From NCBI GenBank assembly GCA_944385595.1, contig CALWXY010000062.1:1-32232 (forward strand): 32,232 nucleotides of DNA, written 5' to 3'. Source of the DNA: an uncultured Oscillospiraceae bacterium. Lineage in GTDB: Bacteria; Bacillota; Clostridia; Oscillospirales; Oscillospiraceae. Shown one piece after another: positions 6,247 to 14,279 of the stretch (the stretch's first letter is position 1; each line of letters begins with the position of its first letter). The translations under genes were made by a program, and so were the position numbers. The notes under the pieces are model-generated. The model did not search any database and was not told the origin of the DNA. It saw only the letters and a list, made by a program, of their open reading frames with translations.

Positions 6247-7272
6247 CTATACCGTTATTCTCGCCGCGAGATAGATGTGGTTCAGCCCGTGGGCGACGGT
6301 GAAGCCGAAGCCCACCTCGCAGACTGTCGGGTCGTCTGCCGCCGGCTCGACGGTGACGTCGCCGTAGGAGTCGATGATCTCGCGCGTCACGCGGTCCTGC
6401 AGCTCGATGACCACCTGGGTGCGTATCGCGCCGCGCGTCTGCGCCGTGTTTTTCGCCCTGGAGAAGCGGCGGCGCAGCGAGTCGCGTATGGCGGGTATGA
6501 CCTCGTCGATTATCCGCACGGTGGTGACCTCGCGCCAGGTCGTGTCCTCGACGCCGCCGGTGGTCGTGCGGGTGGTGACGGCGCGGAGCACCGCGGGGGT
6601 GCCGGCCTGATTCTCGATGAGCGTCACGCCGCCGCGCACGAGGGTGTTCACGTCGTCGTCGGAGTAGCGCAGAGAGCAGCCTATGCCGGTGAGGGTCGCG
6701 CCGTTTATGGGCAGAGCCGGGTCGCTTGTCGCGGCAATGACGCCGGTGAGCGCGGCGGCGTAGCTGCCCTTGGCCTCGGCGGCCTCGGCGGCGACGAGCA
6801 CCATGCGCTCGCAGTTGAGCGCCTTTGCCGCCGAGACGAGCGCGGCGGTCTCGCCCGCGCTCTCCGCGACGCCGATGCGGTAGCGGCAGGTCTCGGAGGC
6901 GGCGAGTATGGCCTCCATCATGGCGGAGTGCACGTTGGCCTCGCGGCTGTCGCAGAACATGACGCCTATGCTCTCCGCCTCGCACAGCTCGGCGAAGGCG
7001 GCGGCGTAGTCGGCGGCGTCGGCGTCCTCGCCGACGGCGCGCGCCACCACCGCGCCCGCGCCGCAGCGCAGGGCGACGGCGCACATATCGCTGAGCGAGC
7101 CCTCGCCGAACTGCTCGAGCGCCTGGGCGCTGCTGGTGATCCTCACGCAGCCGAGCTCTGTGCCTTTGGCGCTTTTTGCGGCGCAGCCGGCGTCGCCGCC
7201 GGTGGTCGAGCCGCGCACCGAGCTTGTGACCTCGTAGCTCGAGTACACTCCGGGTCTCTCGTTAAGTGCCAT
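6247..7272 (-). CDS. Contractile tail sheath protein (XkdK-like)
   Basis: The N-terminus MALNERPGVYSSYEV is typical of sheath proteins. 341 aa, followed by the tube gene. Confidence 0.8.
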   Translation of the reverse strand: MALNERPGVYSSYEVTSSVRGSTTGGDAGCAAKSAKGTELGCVRITSSAQALEQFGEGSLSDMCAVALRCGAGAVVARAVGEDADAADYAAAFAELCEAESIGVMFCDSREANVHSAMMEAILAASETCRYRIGVAESAGETAALVSAAKALNCERMVLVAAEAAEAKGSYAAALTGVIAATSDPALPINGATLTGIGCSLRYSDDDVNTLVRGGVTLIENQAGTPAVLRAVTTRTTTGGVEDTTWREVTTVRIIDEVIPAIRDSLRRRFSRAKNTAQTRGAIRTQVVIELQDRVTREIIDSYGDVTVEPAADDPTVCEVGFGFTVAHGLNHIYLAARITV

Positions 7273-7738
7273 GCAGTATCATTCCTTTCACAGTAAATCC
7301 CGTAAATTCGGTCTCGCCGCCCGGCTCGCGCACCAGCCAGAACTGTGCGCCCAGCTCGCAGCGGCAGCGCATACGGCAGAGCTTCGTGTCGAACTCGGCG
7401 GCCCCAATGCCGAGCTCGCCCGGCCCGAAGCCGCCGGACAGCTCGCCGACGGCGAGTATCAAATCGTCCACCGCCGCCGACAGCCCCGCCGAGCCCTCCG
7501 CCGCGGCGGAGTAGACGTCCAGCGCGAACACGGCGCGGCAGCTGAGACCGAACTGCTCGCCGCTCCCGCTCATGCCCATGTAGTCGCCGAAGCCGCCGGG
7601 GGCGACAGTGGCCTTCTTGAGGCAGACGGCCACGGCGGAGCCGTCCGGCTCCGGCGTCTCGCCGGGGAAGGCGCGCACGGCGTGAACGCCGTGCTCAGCC
7701 AGCTCATCCACGAGAGTTTTGGTCATCGCGTCAAGCAT
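7262..7738 (-). CDS. Neck/tail completion protein (XkdJ slot)
   Basis: About 158 aa lying between the head-closure and sheath genes. ATG 7738 lies 6 nt after GGAGGG. Function assigned by position. Confidence 0.4.
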   Translation of the reverse strand: MLDAMTKTLVDELAEHGVHAVRAFPGETPEPDGSAVAVCLKKATVAPGGFGDYMGMSGSGEQFGLSCRAVFALDVYSAAAEGSAGLSAAVDDLILAVGELSGGFGPGELGIGAAEFDTKLCRMRCRCELGAQFWLVREPGGETEFTGFTVKGMILHGT

Positions 7739-8054
7739 TTTCATCCCTCCCCACGCACCTCAGGAGGCACTCGATGTGGTCGAGTCCTCCGCCTGTCATC
7801 AGCTCGCGCCGCACAAGTGCGAAGCGGCGCGAGCCGTCGGTAATGCGCTGTACCTTCTCAGCCTCGCCTATGGCCTCCGCGGAGGCGACGAGCAGATAAC
7901 GCCCGCCGCCTCTGCCGCCCTCCGTCGGAGAGACAAGCGCCTCGCTCGTGAGATCCAGAGGCTGAATGAAGCCGCGCTCGACCCGCCCGGAGGGGCTGAG
8001 GTCGCTGAACACGGTGAATTTCCCGGCAAAGCGCTCTATAAGCTCAAAGTTCAG
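7731..8054 (-). CDS. Head closure / head-tail adaptor protein (start uncertain: CTG 8054 or GTG 8012)
   Basis: Only the C-terminal ~107 codons of track ORF 7731..8459 look protein-like (GLNFELIERFAGKFTVFSDL...RYLLVASAEAIGEAEK...). The N-terminal part is an Arg-rich out-of-frame overlap of gene 8051..8416. Confidence 0.4.
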   Translation of the reverse strand: MNFELIERFAGKFTVFSDLSPSGRVERGFIQPLDLTSEALVSPTEGGRGGGRYLLVASAEAIGEAEKVQRITDGSRRFALVRRELMTGGGLDHIECLLRCVGRDENA

Positions 8055-8416
8055 CCCCTCACCCCCCGGAAGTCGAAGCCGCGCTCGGTGAGCTGGGAGG
8101 CGAGCATCTCCTCGGCGAGGGCGCGCAGCGAGTCGGAGAAGTCCCCGCCGCCTCGCGTGAGCGTCAGCTCGCCGACACGCACGGAGCTGAAGTCCCCGCC
8201 GCCGACGGCGGAGTACATGGACAGCGCGAGCACGCCCGCGGCGGTGACGAAGTCCTCCTTTATGTCCTCGACGCTCACGCCGCTTCTCAGGCGCGACTCG
8301 AGATTCGCCGCCGCGACGGCGCAGAGCGCCGAGAGGGTCTGGCGTCCGCTCTCGCTCAGCTCGCCGCCGAGAAACAGCTCGGCTCTGTCGAGCACCTCGC
8401 CCTGCAGCTCCATCAC
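8051..8416 (-). CDS. Head-tail connector protein (gp6-like)
   Basis: About 120 aa immediately after the capsid gene. Its start overlaps the capsid stop (GTGATG). Confidence 0.45.
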   Translation of the reverse strand: MMELQGEVLDRAELFLGGELSESGRQTLSALCAVAAANLESRLRSGVSVEDIKEDFVTAAGVLALSMYSAVGGGDFSSVRVGELTLTRGGGDFSDSLRALAEEMLASQLTERGFDFRGVRG

Positions 8417-9420
8417 GCGTTCTCCAGGACGAGGGCGGCCTCGGTGTAGATTTTGGCAAAGCCCGCGGTGCTGGTGATGGCGGCGCGCTCGAGCTGGCGG
8501 TCGATGAGCCTGTCGTACTCGACGCTCACGTCGCCGGAGCGCACCATCTCGAGGGCGTAGCCCTTGTCGAGGCCGATAATCTGGCCCTCGGGAACGCAGG
8601 CGCTGCGGATAATCTTGGCGCCAAGGGGCGAGCCTATGTCGCCGCTGCCGGCGAAGTTCAGCCCGGCGACAGGGTTGCGCAGCTCCTCGATTTTGAGCAG
8701 CTGGAGCATCATGTCGGGGGACACGAGCATGGTGTTGAGGGTGTAGGGCTCGAACTTGCCCCAGAAATCGACGAGCGTGTCGTAGCTGAGAGCGCTGCCG
8801 CTCACGACCTCGGCTGCGTTGTCGTTGCCGTCGCCGTTTATGAGGACGTCGATGGCGTCGGCGAGGTGCATCTTGGCGATGTGGTTGCCGATCTGGCGCA
8901 GCATGACGGAAAAGAGCTCAAGGCGCTGGAAGCGTATGGCCTCGTAGGAGGCGACGAGCATTCTGCCGCGCTTGTGCAGGGGGATGAGCTTGTCCTGGGC
9001 GCGGATCTCGGTCTGGGGTATGGCCGCTCCCTCGGCGACGTGGGTGAGGCTCTTCTCGTCCTCGCTGGGCAGGGAGGCGACGGCGCGGTAGTCGAGACCC
9101 TCGATTTTGGTCGTGGTGGCGACTATGCCCGGCAGCACGTTGCTCTCCTCGATGCCCTGGCGGACGCTGCGGGAGACGTACTCGGGAAACAGTACGGCGC
9201 TCTCGGAGCTGTGGAAGAACTTCTCGACCTTGTCGCTGGACGCGCCGCGCACCTTTATGCCGAAGCGCTTGAGCTGGCGCTGATATGCGTCAAGACCCTC
9301 GAGCGCGGTGCCGCGGTACTCCTCGGAGGGGTCGAGCTCCTCCAGGATAGCGGAAAAGCCCTTGCCCGCGACGCTGTACATGCCCTTGTCGAGCTTAACT
9401 TCGTTGAATTTATAAGCCAT
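8413..9420 (-). CDS. Major capsid protein (HK97-fold type)
   Basis: 335 aa following the protease and decoration genes. ATG 9420 lies 9 nt after AAGGAGG. The C-terminal segment EYDRLIDRQLERAAITSTAGFA is typical of this family. Confidence 0.8.
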   Translation of the reverse strand: MAYKFNEVKLDKGMYSVAGKGFSAILEELDPSEEYRGTALEGLDAYQRQLKRFGIKVRGASSDKVEKFFHSSESAVLFPEYVSRSVRQGIEESNVLPGIVATTTKIEGLDYRAVASLPSEDEKSLTHVAEGAAIPQTEIRAQDKLIPLHKRGRMLVASYEAIRFQRLELFSVMLRQIGNHIAKMHLADAIDVLINGDGNDNAAEVVSGSALSYDTLVDFWGKFEPYTLNTMLVSPDMMLQLLKIEELRNPVAGLNFAGSGDIGSPLGAKIIRSACVPEGQIIGLDKGYALEMVRSGDVSVEYDRLIDRQLERAAITSTAGFAKIYTEAALVLENA

Positions 9421-9434
9421 GTGTTGCATCCTCC

Positions 9435-9773
9435 TTAAAGCATGATGGTGGCCGAGCCGGTCTGGACGTCGAGCACGAGGCGCTCTCTGCCGCTGGTGCC
9501 GCTGGTGATGCCGCCGTTTGCGTCGGCGTTCAGCTTGGCGTAGCCGGGGGTGAGGGTGCCGGAGCAGGCGGCGGTGACGCAGCCGGCGAGCTGCACGCAG
9601 GCGCAGCCGGCGCGGCAGCTGAGCACTATGCCGACGAAGTCCTCGCCGCTGGCGCAGGCGGTGACCTCGGCGGCGGCGCTGATTTTGACCGGGGTGCCCG
9701 GCGCGATATCGGCGCCGCTTGCGGTGCCGAAGGTCGCGGTGACGGAACCGATGCCATCAAAAGAATACTTCAT
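9435..9773 (-). CDS. Small Cys-rich head protein (DUF2190-like decoration/cement protein candidate)
   Basis: 112 aa lying between the protease and capsid genes. AGGAGG lies 9 nt upstream of the ATG. Confidence 0.35.
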   Translation of the reverse strand: MKYSFDGIGSVTATFGTASGADIAPGTPVKISAAAEVTACASGEDFVGIVLSCRAGCACVQLAGCVTAACSGTLTPGYAKLNADANGGITSGTSGRERLVLDVQTGSATIML

Positions 9774-9786
9774 TTATAAATTCCTC

Positions 9787-10701
9787 CTATATAATGTAGT
9801 CCTCTCCGTCGAAGCGGGTGTTTCTGTCGCGTCCGGGGAGCTGGCAGAGCGGCGGGAAGCGGCCGTCGAGCTTTTTCTCGAGGCTGAGCCTCAGCTCGCA
9901 CAGCTCCTCCGCGCCCATGCCCTCCGCCGCCTTGGCGACGGCGGGGGCCATCTGCTCATCCCAGAGCAGGCCGAGGCGCTTTACCTCCGCCCGCTCGCGC
10001 TCGAGCAGGCGCTCGCCCTCGGCGGCGAGCTTCTCAAGGCGCTCGAACTCGGCGCGAAACGCGCTGCCCGCCGCGGTCTGTACATAGCCGCGCAGGGATT
10101 TAAGCCCCGCACCCTTGAGCACGCCCGCCTCGCGCTGGGCGGGCACGGCGACGAAGCTCCACTCGTAGGCGTCGGTCGCGCCGGAGAGCACGGTGTGGCA
10201 GAGCTTGCCGTCGTAGCTCAGTCCCGGCACATGCGCGCAGGCGCTCTCGCCGCAGATGCTGCACCGGCGCTCGGACACCGAGCAGCCGACGCTCGTCTCC
10301 TTGACTATGCCCGCCTCGATGGCGGCGATGAAGTCGCCGGTGGCCTCGCTGCGGAGCATGTAGGCCCAGCCCTTGAGATAGCGGTAGACGTCCCCGGCGG
10401 AGTTTTTGCGCTCCGGCACGGCGACGACCTCGGTGCGGTAGATCCGCGCGAGCTGACCGCCCGCCGTCCACTGGTGGTCGAGTATGCCGCTCTTGCCGAC
10501 GAACATGGGCGCTAGCTCGTCGAGGCACTCGTCGGAAAAGCGCTCGAAGTCGCGGTCTACCTCGTTGTCGCAGAGCTTGACCTCAAAGACGTAGACCTCG
10601 TCGGCGCTGAGGGCGCGCTTTGCGAGGGCGTTAATCAGCTCCAGCTCGCGCGCCGCGGCCTCGCCGGCAACCGGAGCGCCGGCGGCCTTTGTGACATTCA
10701 T
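9787..10701 (-). CDS. Prohead protease fused to a coiled-coil scaffold-like C-terminus (XkdF slot)
   Basis: ATGA overlap with the portal stop. The N-terminal domain is followed by a charged helical tail (RAEFERLEKLAAEGERLLERERAEVKRL). Lies between portal and capsid. Confidence 0.55.
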   Translation of the reverse strand: MNVTKAAGAPVAGEAAARELELINALAKRALSADEVYVFEVKLCDNEVDRDFERFSDECLDELAPMFVGKSGILDHQWTAGGQLARIYRTEVVAVPERKNSAGDVYRYLKGWAYMLRSEATGDFIAAIEAGIVKETSVGCSVSERRCSICGESACAHVPGLSYDGKLCHTVLSGATDAYEWSFVAVPAQREAGVLKGAGLKSLRGYVQTAAGSAFRAEFERLEKLAAEGERLLERERAEVKRLGLLWDEQMAPAVAKAAEGMGAEELCELRLSLEKKLDGRFPPLCQLPGRDRNTRFDGEDYII

Positions 10702-11852
10702 ATGGAAGCCTCCTTTTCTCCGGCCTCAGCCAGATATTTTTTAGCCTGGGCGGCATACAGCTCCGCCCTTGCGAGCTCGACCTTGTCCTGCAGGTTCACA
10801 GACTCCCACACCGGCTCAAACGAGCAGGCGTAGCCGTGCATCCTCAGCCAGAGCGAGCATATCCGCCTCACGACGGGGTCGAGACTGCGCCGGTGGGCGC
10901 TGATCTCGCTGGTCATGAGGTCGGCCTGCTGCGAGGACATGCGCTCGGTGGAGCTCCAGTTCAGCCCCAGCATGAAGGGCGGAATGCCCGTGCGGGCGAT
11001 GAGCTGCTCGAGTATCTGCCTCACAGGCACCTCGCTGTCGAGCACCTGGTTGTCCGCGCCGATGACGCGTATGTCCACGTCGCCGACGGCGACGAAGTCG
11101 CGCACGGCGCCGGAGCGCGTCTCCTGCATGGCGCTGCTCCACTCGCGAGCCACCGCCTCCGCCCGCTCGGCGGCCCCGCCGCGCTCCGACAGCTCGCCCG
11201 ACGGACGGCAGACCACCGCGTAGCGCAGGTTGCCGCAGCGCTCCCAGTTGACGCCGATGGAGGTGAAGATCTTCATCAGAATGTCGGTCAGGAAGGGCAT
11301 GCTCCGCAGCATGGAGGAGCCGTAGGGGCTGTCGGGGTCGGGGTTGAACGGCGTGAACAGCAGCAGATCCTGATACGGCAGCGGGCGCGGGTCGAGCGAG
11401 TCGTTGAGGCAGATGGCGAAGTCCAGCGGGCTGCGCCCCTCGCGCACGCACACGTCGGCGACGTTGCCGCAGATGAGGGCGGCGATGTCGCGGTTTCCGG
11501 CGGTGACTATCTCGCCGACGGCGCGTCCGCTCGTGATCATCGAGTCGAGATAGGCGTCGAGAAACGAGCCTATGCCGCGCCCGCCGCGCCCGGTGTCGAC
11601 GGTGCGGAGGAACTCGTTCAGCTCGCGCTCGGCGCGCGCGTCGGAGCACTTCGCGGTGACGCCGCCGGTGAGGCGCACGAGCTTTTGTATGGCGGCGTCG
11701 ACCACCGGCACGCCCTCGCGTATGGCGCGGTAGAGGCGGGTGTCGCCCCCGCCGAGCGGCACATAGCCGTCGAGGGTGGTGAAAGGATGCCTCGCGCCGG
11801 CTCTCAGCTGCGCCCTCGCGGCGGTGTCCTTTCCTTTTTGAAACAATCTCAT
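10698..11852 (-). CDS. Portal protein
   Basis: 384 aa. ATG 11852-11850 overlaps the terminase stop as ATGA. Lies between the TerL and protease genes. Confidence 0.7.
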   Translation of the reverse strand: MRLFQKGKDTAARAQLRAGARHPFTTLDGYVPLGGGDTRLYRAIREGVPVVDAAIQKLVRLTGGVTAKCSDARAERELNEFLRTVDTGRGGRGIGSFLDAYLDSMITSGRAVGEIVTAGNRDIAALICGNVADVCVREGRSPLDFAICLNDSLDPRPLPYQDLLLFTPFNPDPDSPYGSSMLRSMPFLTDILMKIFTSIGVNWERCGNLRYAVVCRPSGELSERGGAAERAEAVAREWSSAMQETRSGAVRDFVAVGDVDIRVIGADNQVLDSEVPVRQILEQLIARTGIPPFMLGLNWSSTERMSSQQADLMTSEISAHRRSLDPVVRRICSLWLRMHGYACSFEPVWESVNLQDKVELARAELYAAQAKKYLAEAGEKEASI

Positions 11853-13132
11853 TTTTCCATCAAACTCCTCCATCCCGTGTTATTTGAGGGTGAGCGGCTC
11901 ACCGAGCATACGGCGAGCGAGGCGGGTTTCGCGGCGGCGAAGCTGGCGGCGAAGTAGCGCATGTCGTCCATGGCGTGATCGTTCTGCTTGAGCGGCCTGT
12001 CCGCGCCGCCCGGCTCCCAGCAGTAGAGAGACAGCTCGCGCAGGGTGTCGGCGCAGTTTCGGCAGATGACGAGCCTGCCCGTGCGGAGCAGCTCGGCGGT
12101 GAGGCGAATGCCGCTCAGCACGTCGTTTTTCGCCTTCATCACGGGCAGCCCGGCGCGCGAGAGCGCCTCCATGAAGCTAGCCGCCGACGGGTCGACGATG
12201 ACGGCCTCCACCTTCCGGTGCGCGATGAGGCGGATGAGCTCCGAGACGTACTCGCCGTCGGTCATCTGCCTGCCCTCGCGGCGCGAGTCGAAGTAGAACT
12301 CGTCGATGCGGTACCACACTCCGCCCTTCTCCGCCCAGAGGCCGAAGGAGGCGGGGTTCACCGTGCCGTAGTCGCATGAGACGGCATAGCGCTCGAACGG
12401 CCCGTCCGGCACATCCGCCGCCATGGACTCGTCGAAGAAGTCGTACACCCTGCCCTCGGCCTGCACCCACTCGCCCAGCACGAATCGCCTGTAAAACGCC
12501 CCGGAGTACATGCGCGAATACCGCTCGAGCATACGCTTCGAGAGCGTCGGGTTGTCGCTCATCTTGAAGCGTATGTAGAGGGCGCGCCGCTCGCGGGCCT
12601 TGAGTATCCACTCGCGGTAGAACCAGTGCGAGGGCGACTCGGGGTTGCAGTTGAACCAGAGCTTTGCCCCTTCGACGGAGCAGCGGGCAATCGCCTGCTC
12701 GACGAAGCTGCGCGGCATGAGCGCCACCTCGTCGAGCAGAACTCCGGCCAGCGTCACGCCCTGGATGAGCGCGCGCGAGCTCTCGTCGCGCCCGCCGAAG
12801 AGGTAAAAGGTGTTGCGTCTGCCGCCGAACTCGACGACCACGCGGTTTTTCGAGACCTTGTCGCAGCAGGCGAAGCCGAGCGAGCGCAGCGAGGGCAGCA
12901 GCTCGTCGAGCAGGTTGCGCCTGAGCGAGACTATGGTCTTGCCGCAGAGGCCGAAGCGCTCGCCGTCAAAGCAGCGCATCGCCCAGATGATGAACGACAG
13001 CCCCATACACATGGTCTTGCCGCTGCGCACCGCTCCGTCGCAGATGATGGCGTCGAGCGAGGCGTAGGGCGAGGAGGGGCTGTGCCAGGTGAGCACCTTG
13101 AGCTGCTTCGGCGAGAAGCGCTCAATCCGCAT
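11849..13132 (-). CDS. Terminase large subunit (PBSX XtmB-like)
   Basis: Walker A motif in CDGAVRSGKT, 427 aa, with an acidic nuclease-type C-terminal half. GGAGG lies upstream of the ATG, inside the end of terS. Confidence 0.9.
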   Translation of the reverse strand: MRIERFSPKQLKVLTWHSPSSPYASLDAIICDGAVRSGKTMCMGLSFIIWAMRCFDGERFGLCGKTIVSLRRNLLDELLPSLRSLGFACCDKVSKNRVVVEFGGRRNTFYLFGGRDESSRALIQGVTLAGVLLDEVALMPRSFVEQAIARCSVEGAKLWFNCNPESPSHWFYREWILKARERRALYIRFKMSDNPTLSKRMLERYSRMYSGAFYRRFVLGEWVQAEGRVYDFFDESMAADVPDGPFERYAVSCDYGTVNPASFGLWAEKGGVWYRIDEFYFDSRREGRQMTDGEYVSELIRLIAHRKVEAVIVDPSAASFMEALSRAGLPVMKAKNDVLSGIRLTAELLRTGRLVICRNCADTLRELSLYCWEPGGADRPLKQNDHAMDDMRYFAASFAAAKPASLAVCSVSRSPSNNTGWRSLMEK

Positions 13133-13445
13133 CTCCGCCTCCGAGCGCCGCGGCTGCGCTGTCGAGCGCCGTGACGAAGCTCTCCGCCGGGTTGGACTCG
13201 GCGTCGAGCATCCCCGCCAGCAGCTTTAGCAGCTCCAGCCGGTTGGTCAGCCTAATCTCAACGGCGCCGCTCGGCGAGCGCTTCAGCTCGGAGATGTGGC
13301 GCAGATCCAGCTCGTCAATGCCGCTCAGCTCCTCCGGCTCGAGATAGAGGAGCTTCACGGCGTCGTTGCAGCCGCCGAGTGCGAGCTGGGCGAGCGCCGA
13401 GACCAGGTCGGCCTTTTTGATTTTCTTCTTCAAACCATCGATCAC
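13122..13445 (-). CDS. Putative terminase small subunit
   Basis: 107 aa, first gene of the cluster, overlapping terL by 11 nt. GAGGTG lies 4 nt upstream of the ATG. Function assigned by position and size. Confidence 0.5.
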   Translation of the reverse strand: MIDGLKKKIKKADLVSALAQLALGGCNDAVKLLYLEPEELSGIDELDLRHISELKRSPSGAVEIRLTNRLELLKLLAGMLDAESNPAESFVTALDSAAAALGGGDAD

Positions 13446-13476
13446 CTCTCACCCCTGCGCCCAGCACCGGCATTTT

Positions 13477-13529
13477 TTGCACCGTCATGTGCAAAGCGCG
13501 GAAAAATTTTTTCTTTTTCGGCGAAAAAG
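13477..13529. promoter_or_regulatory. Two perfect palindromes in the terS/tetR divergent intergenic region (candidate operators)
   Basis: TTGCAC-cgtcat-GTGCAA at 13477-13494 and CTTTTTCG-g-CGAAAAAG at 13513-13529. Confidence 0.4.
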
Positions 13530-13545
13530 CGCCCCCGCGCCGCTC

Positions 13546-13574
13546 TGGACAGAGGAAAACGGCTGTGCTAAACT
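13546..13574 (+). promoter_or_regulatory. Promoter of the TetR gene
   Basis: TGGACA (13546-13551), a 17-nt spacer, then TAAACT (13569-13574) preceded by TGc (extended -10). Confidence 0.5.
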
Positions 13575-13603
13575 GTTCTTGATTGCAAAAACGGAGGTCA
13601 GCC

Positions 13604-14149
13604 ATGCAGGCCAACACAAAACAGCTCATAGCGGATAAATTCAGCGCGATGGCGCGCCAGCGCAGCGTAGACCGCATAACGGTCAAGAATCTGGTCGAGG
13701 CCTGCGGCATCTCGCGCCAGACTTTCTATTACCATTTTCAGGATATAACCGACGTCATAGAGTGGTCGGTGCGCCGCGCGTCGGAGCGCACCCTGCGCGA
13801 GAGCGTCACGGCGGCGACGCCGCGCGAGGCGCTGGAGCGCTTCATCGCCAGCGCCTCGGAGCACGGCCCCCTGCTGATGCGGCTGCTCAGCTCGCAGCGC
13901 CGCGAGGAGGTCGAGCAGATTATGACCGATTCTGTGCGCGGCTACCTGCGCGAGCTGTTCCTCGTGAAAGCGCCGAAGCTCTCGGCGCGGACGAGCATGG
14001 GCGATATGGAGACGGCGCTCGACTTTCTCGCCTTCGGCATCACCGGCATACTGCTCAAAAACTGCCTCTCCGGCGAGGTCGACGCCCCGGCCCTGGCCGA
14101 CAGGCTCCTGCGCCTCATAACGGGCGAGATGTTCTCGCCGGAGAAATAG
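13604..14149 (+). CDS. TetR/AcrR-family transcriptional regulator
   Basis: N-terminal HTH ITVKNLVEACGISRQTFYYHFQDI. ATG 13604 lies 6 nt after GGAGG. 181 aa. Confidence 0.85.
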   Translation: MQANTKQLIADKFSAMARQRSVDRITVKNLVEACGISRQTFYYHFQDITDVIEWSVRRASERTLRESVTAATPREALERFIASASEHGPLLMRLLSSQRREEVEQIMTDSVRGYLRELFLVKAPKLSARTSMGDMETALDFLAFGITGILLKNCLSGEVDAPALADRLLRLITGEMFSPEK

Positions 14150-14150
14150 G

Positions 14151-14184
14151 AAAACCCCGAAGTGTTTTTACACTTCGGGGTTTC
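14151..14184 (+). terminator. Intrinsic terminator after the TetR gene
   Basis: AACCCCGAAGTG-ttttta-CACTTCGGGGTT followed by T. Confidence 0.7.
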
Positions 14185-14279
14185 TGTCTATACACTGGGG
14201 CGAGGCTGGCAGTAGCACTCTCGAGCGAAGAGTGCTAATATCTATATATAAAAATGTGACCTCCGAAAGGGCTGATACT

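Larger units (their letters stand above)
1276..13445 (-). mobile_element. Phage-derived structural gene cluster (head plus contractile tail, PBSX-like gene order); no integrase, replication, lysis or fibre genes in the window
   Basis: 19 co-oriented ORFs with overlapping or abutting stops and starts, running from terminase to baseplate. Boundaries are set by the terminator at 1234-1277 and the TetR divergent intergenic region at 13446-13603. Confidence 0.8.

Noticed and set aside
6233-7084. Arg-rich ORFs on the same strand as real genes but out of frame: 6233-7084, 10816-11649, 30617-31582, 3665-4462 and 27371-27802.
   Set aside because: They have extreme Arg/Pro/His content and overlap frames that carry recognisable sheath, portal, ABC or hub sequences. 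They are frame-shifted readings of GC-rich codons.
1-13600. Search for att-type direct repeats or an integrase flanking the phage cluster.
   Set aside because: I found no shared 12-mer or longer between the 1-440 region and the 13446-13603 region by eye, and no recombinase ORF. The left border may lie outside the window, so the absence is not conclusive.
14214-14236. An 8-bp-stem hairpin, AGCACTCT-cgagcga-AGAGTGCT, upstream of ftsH, considered as a terminator or riboswitch.
   Set aside because: It has no U-tract and no conserved riboswitch motif. It is possibly just a leader structure, and the evidence is too thin to call.
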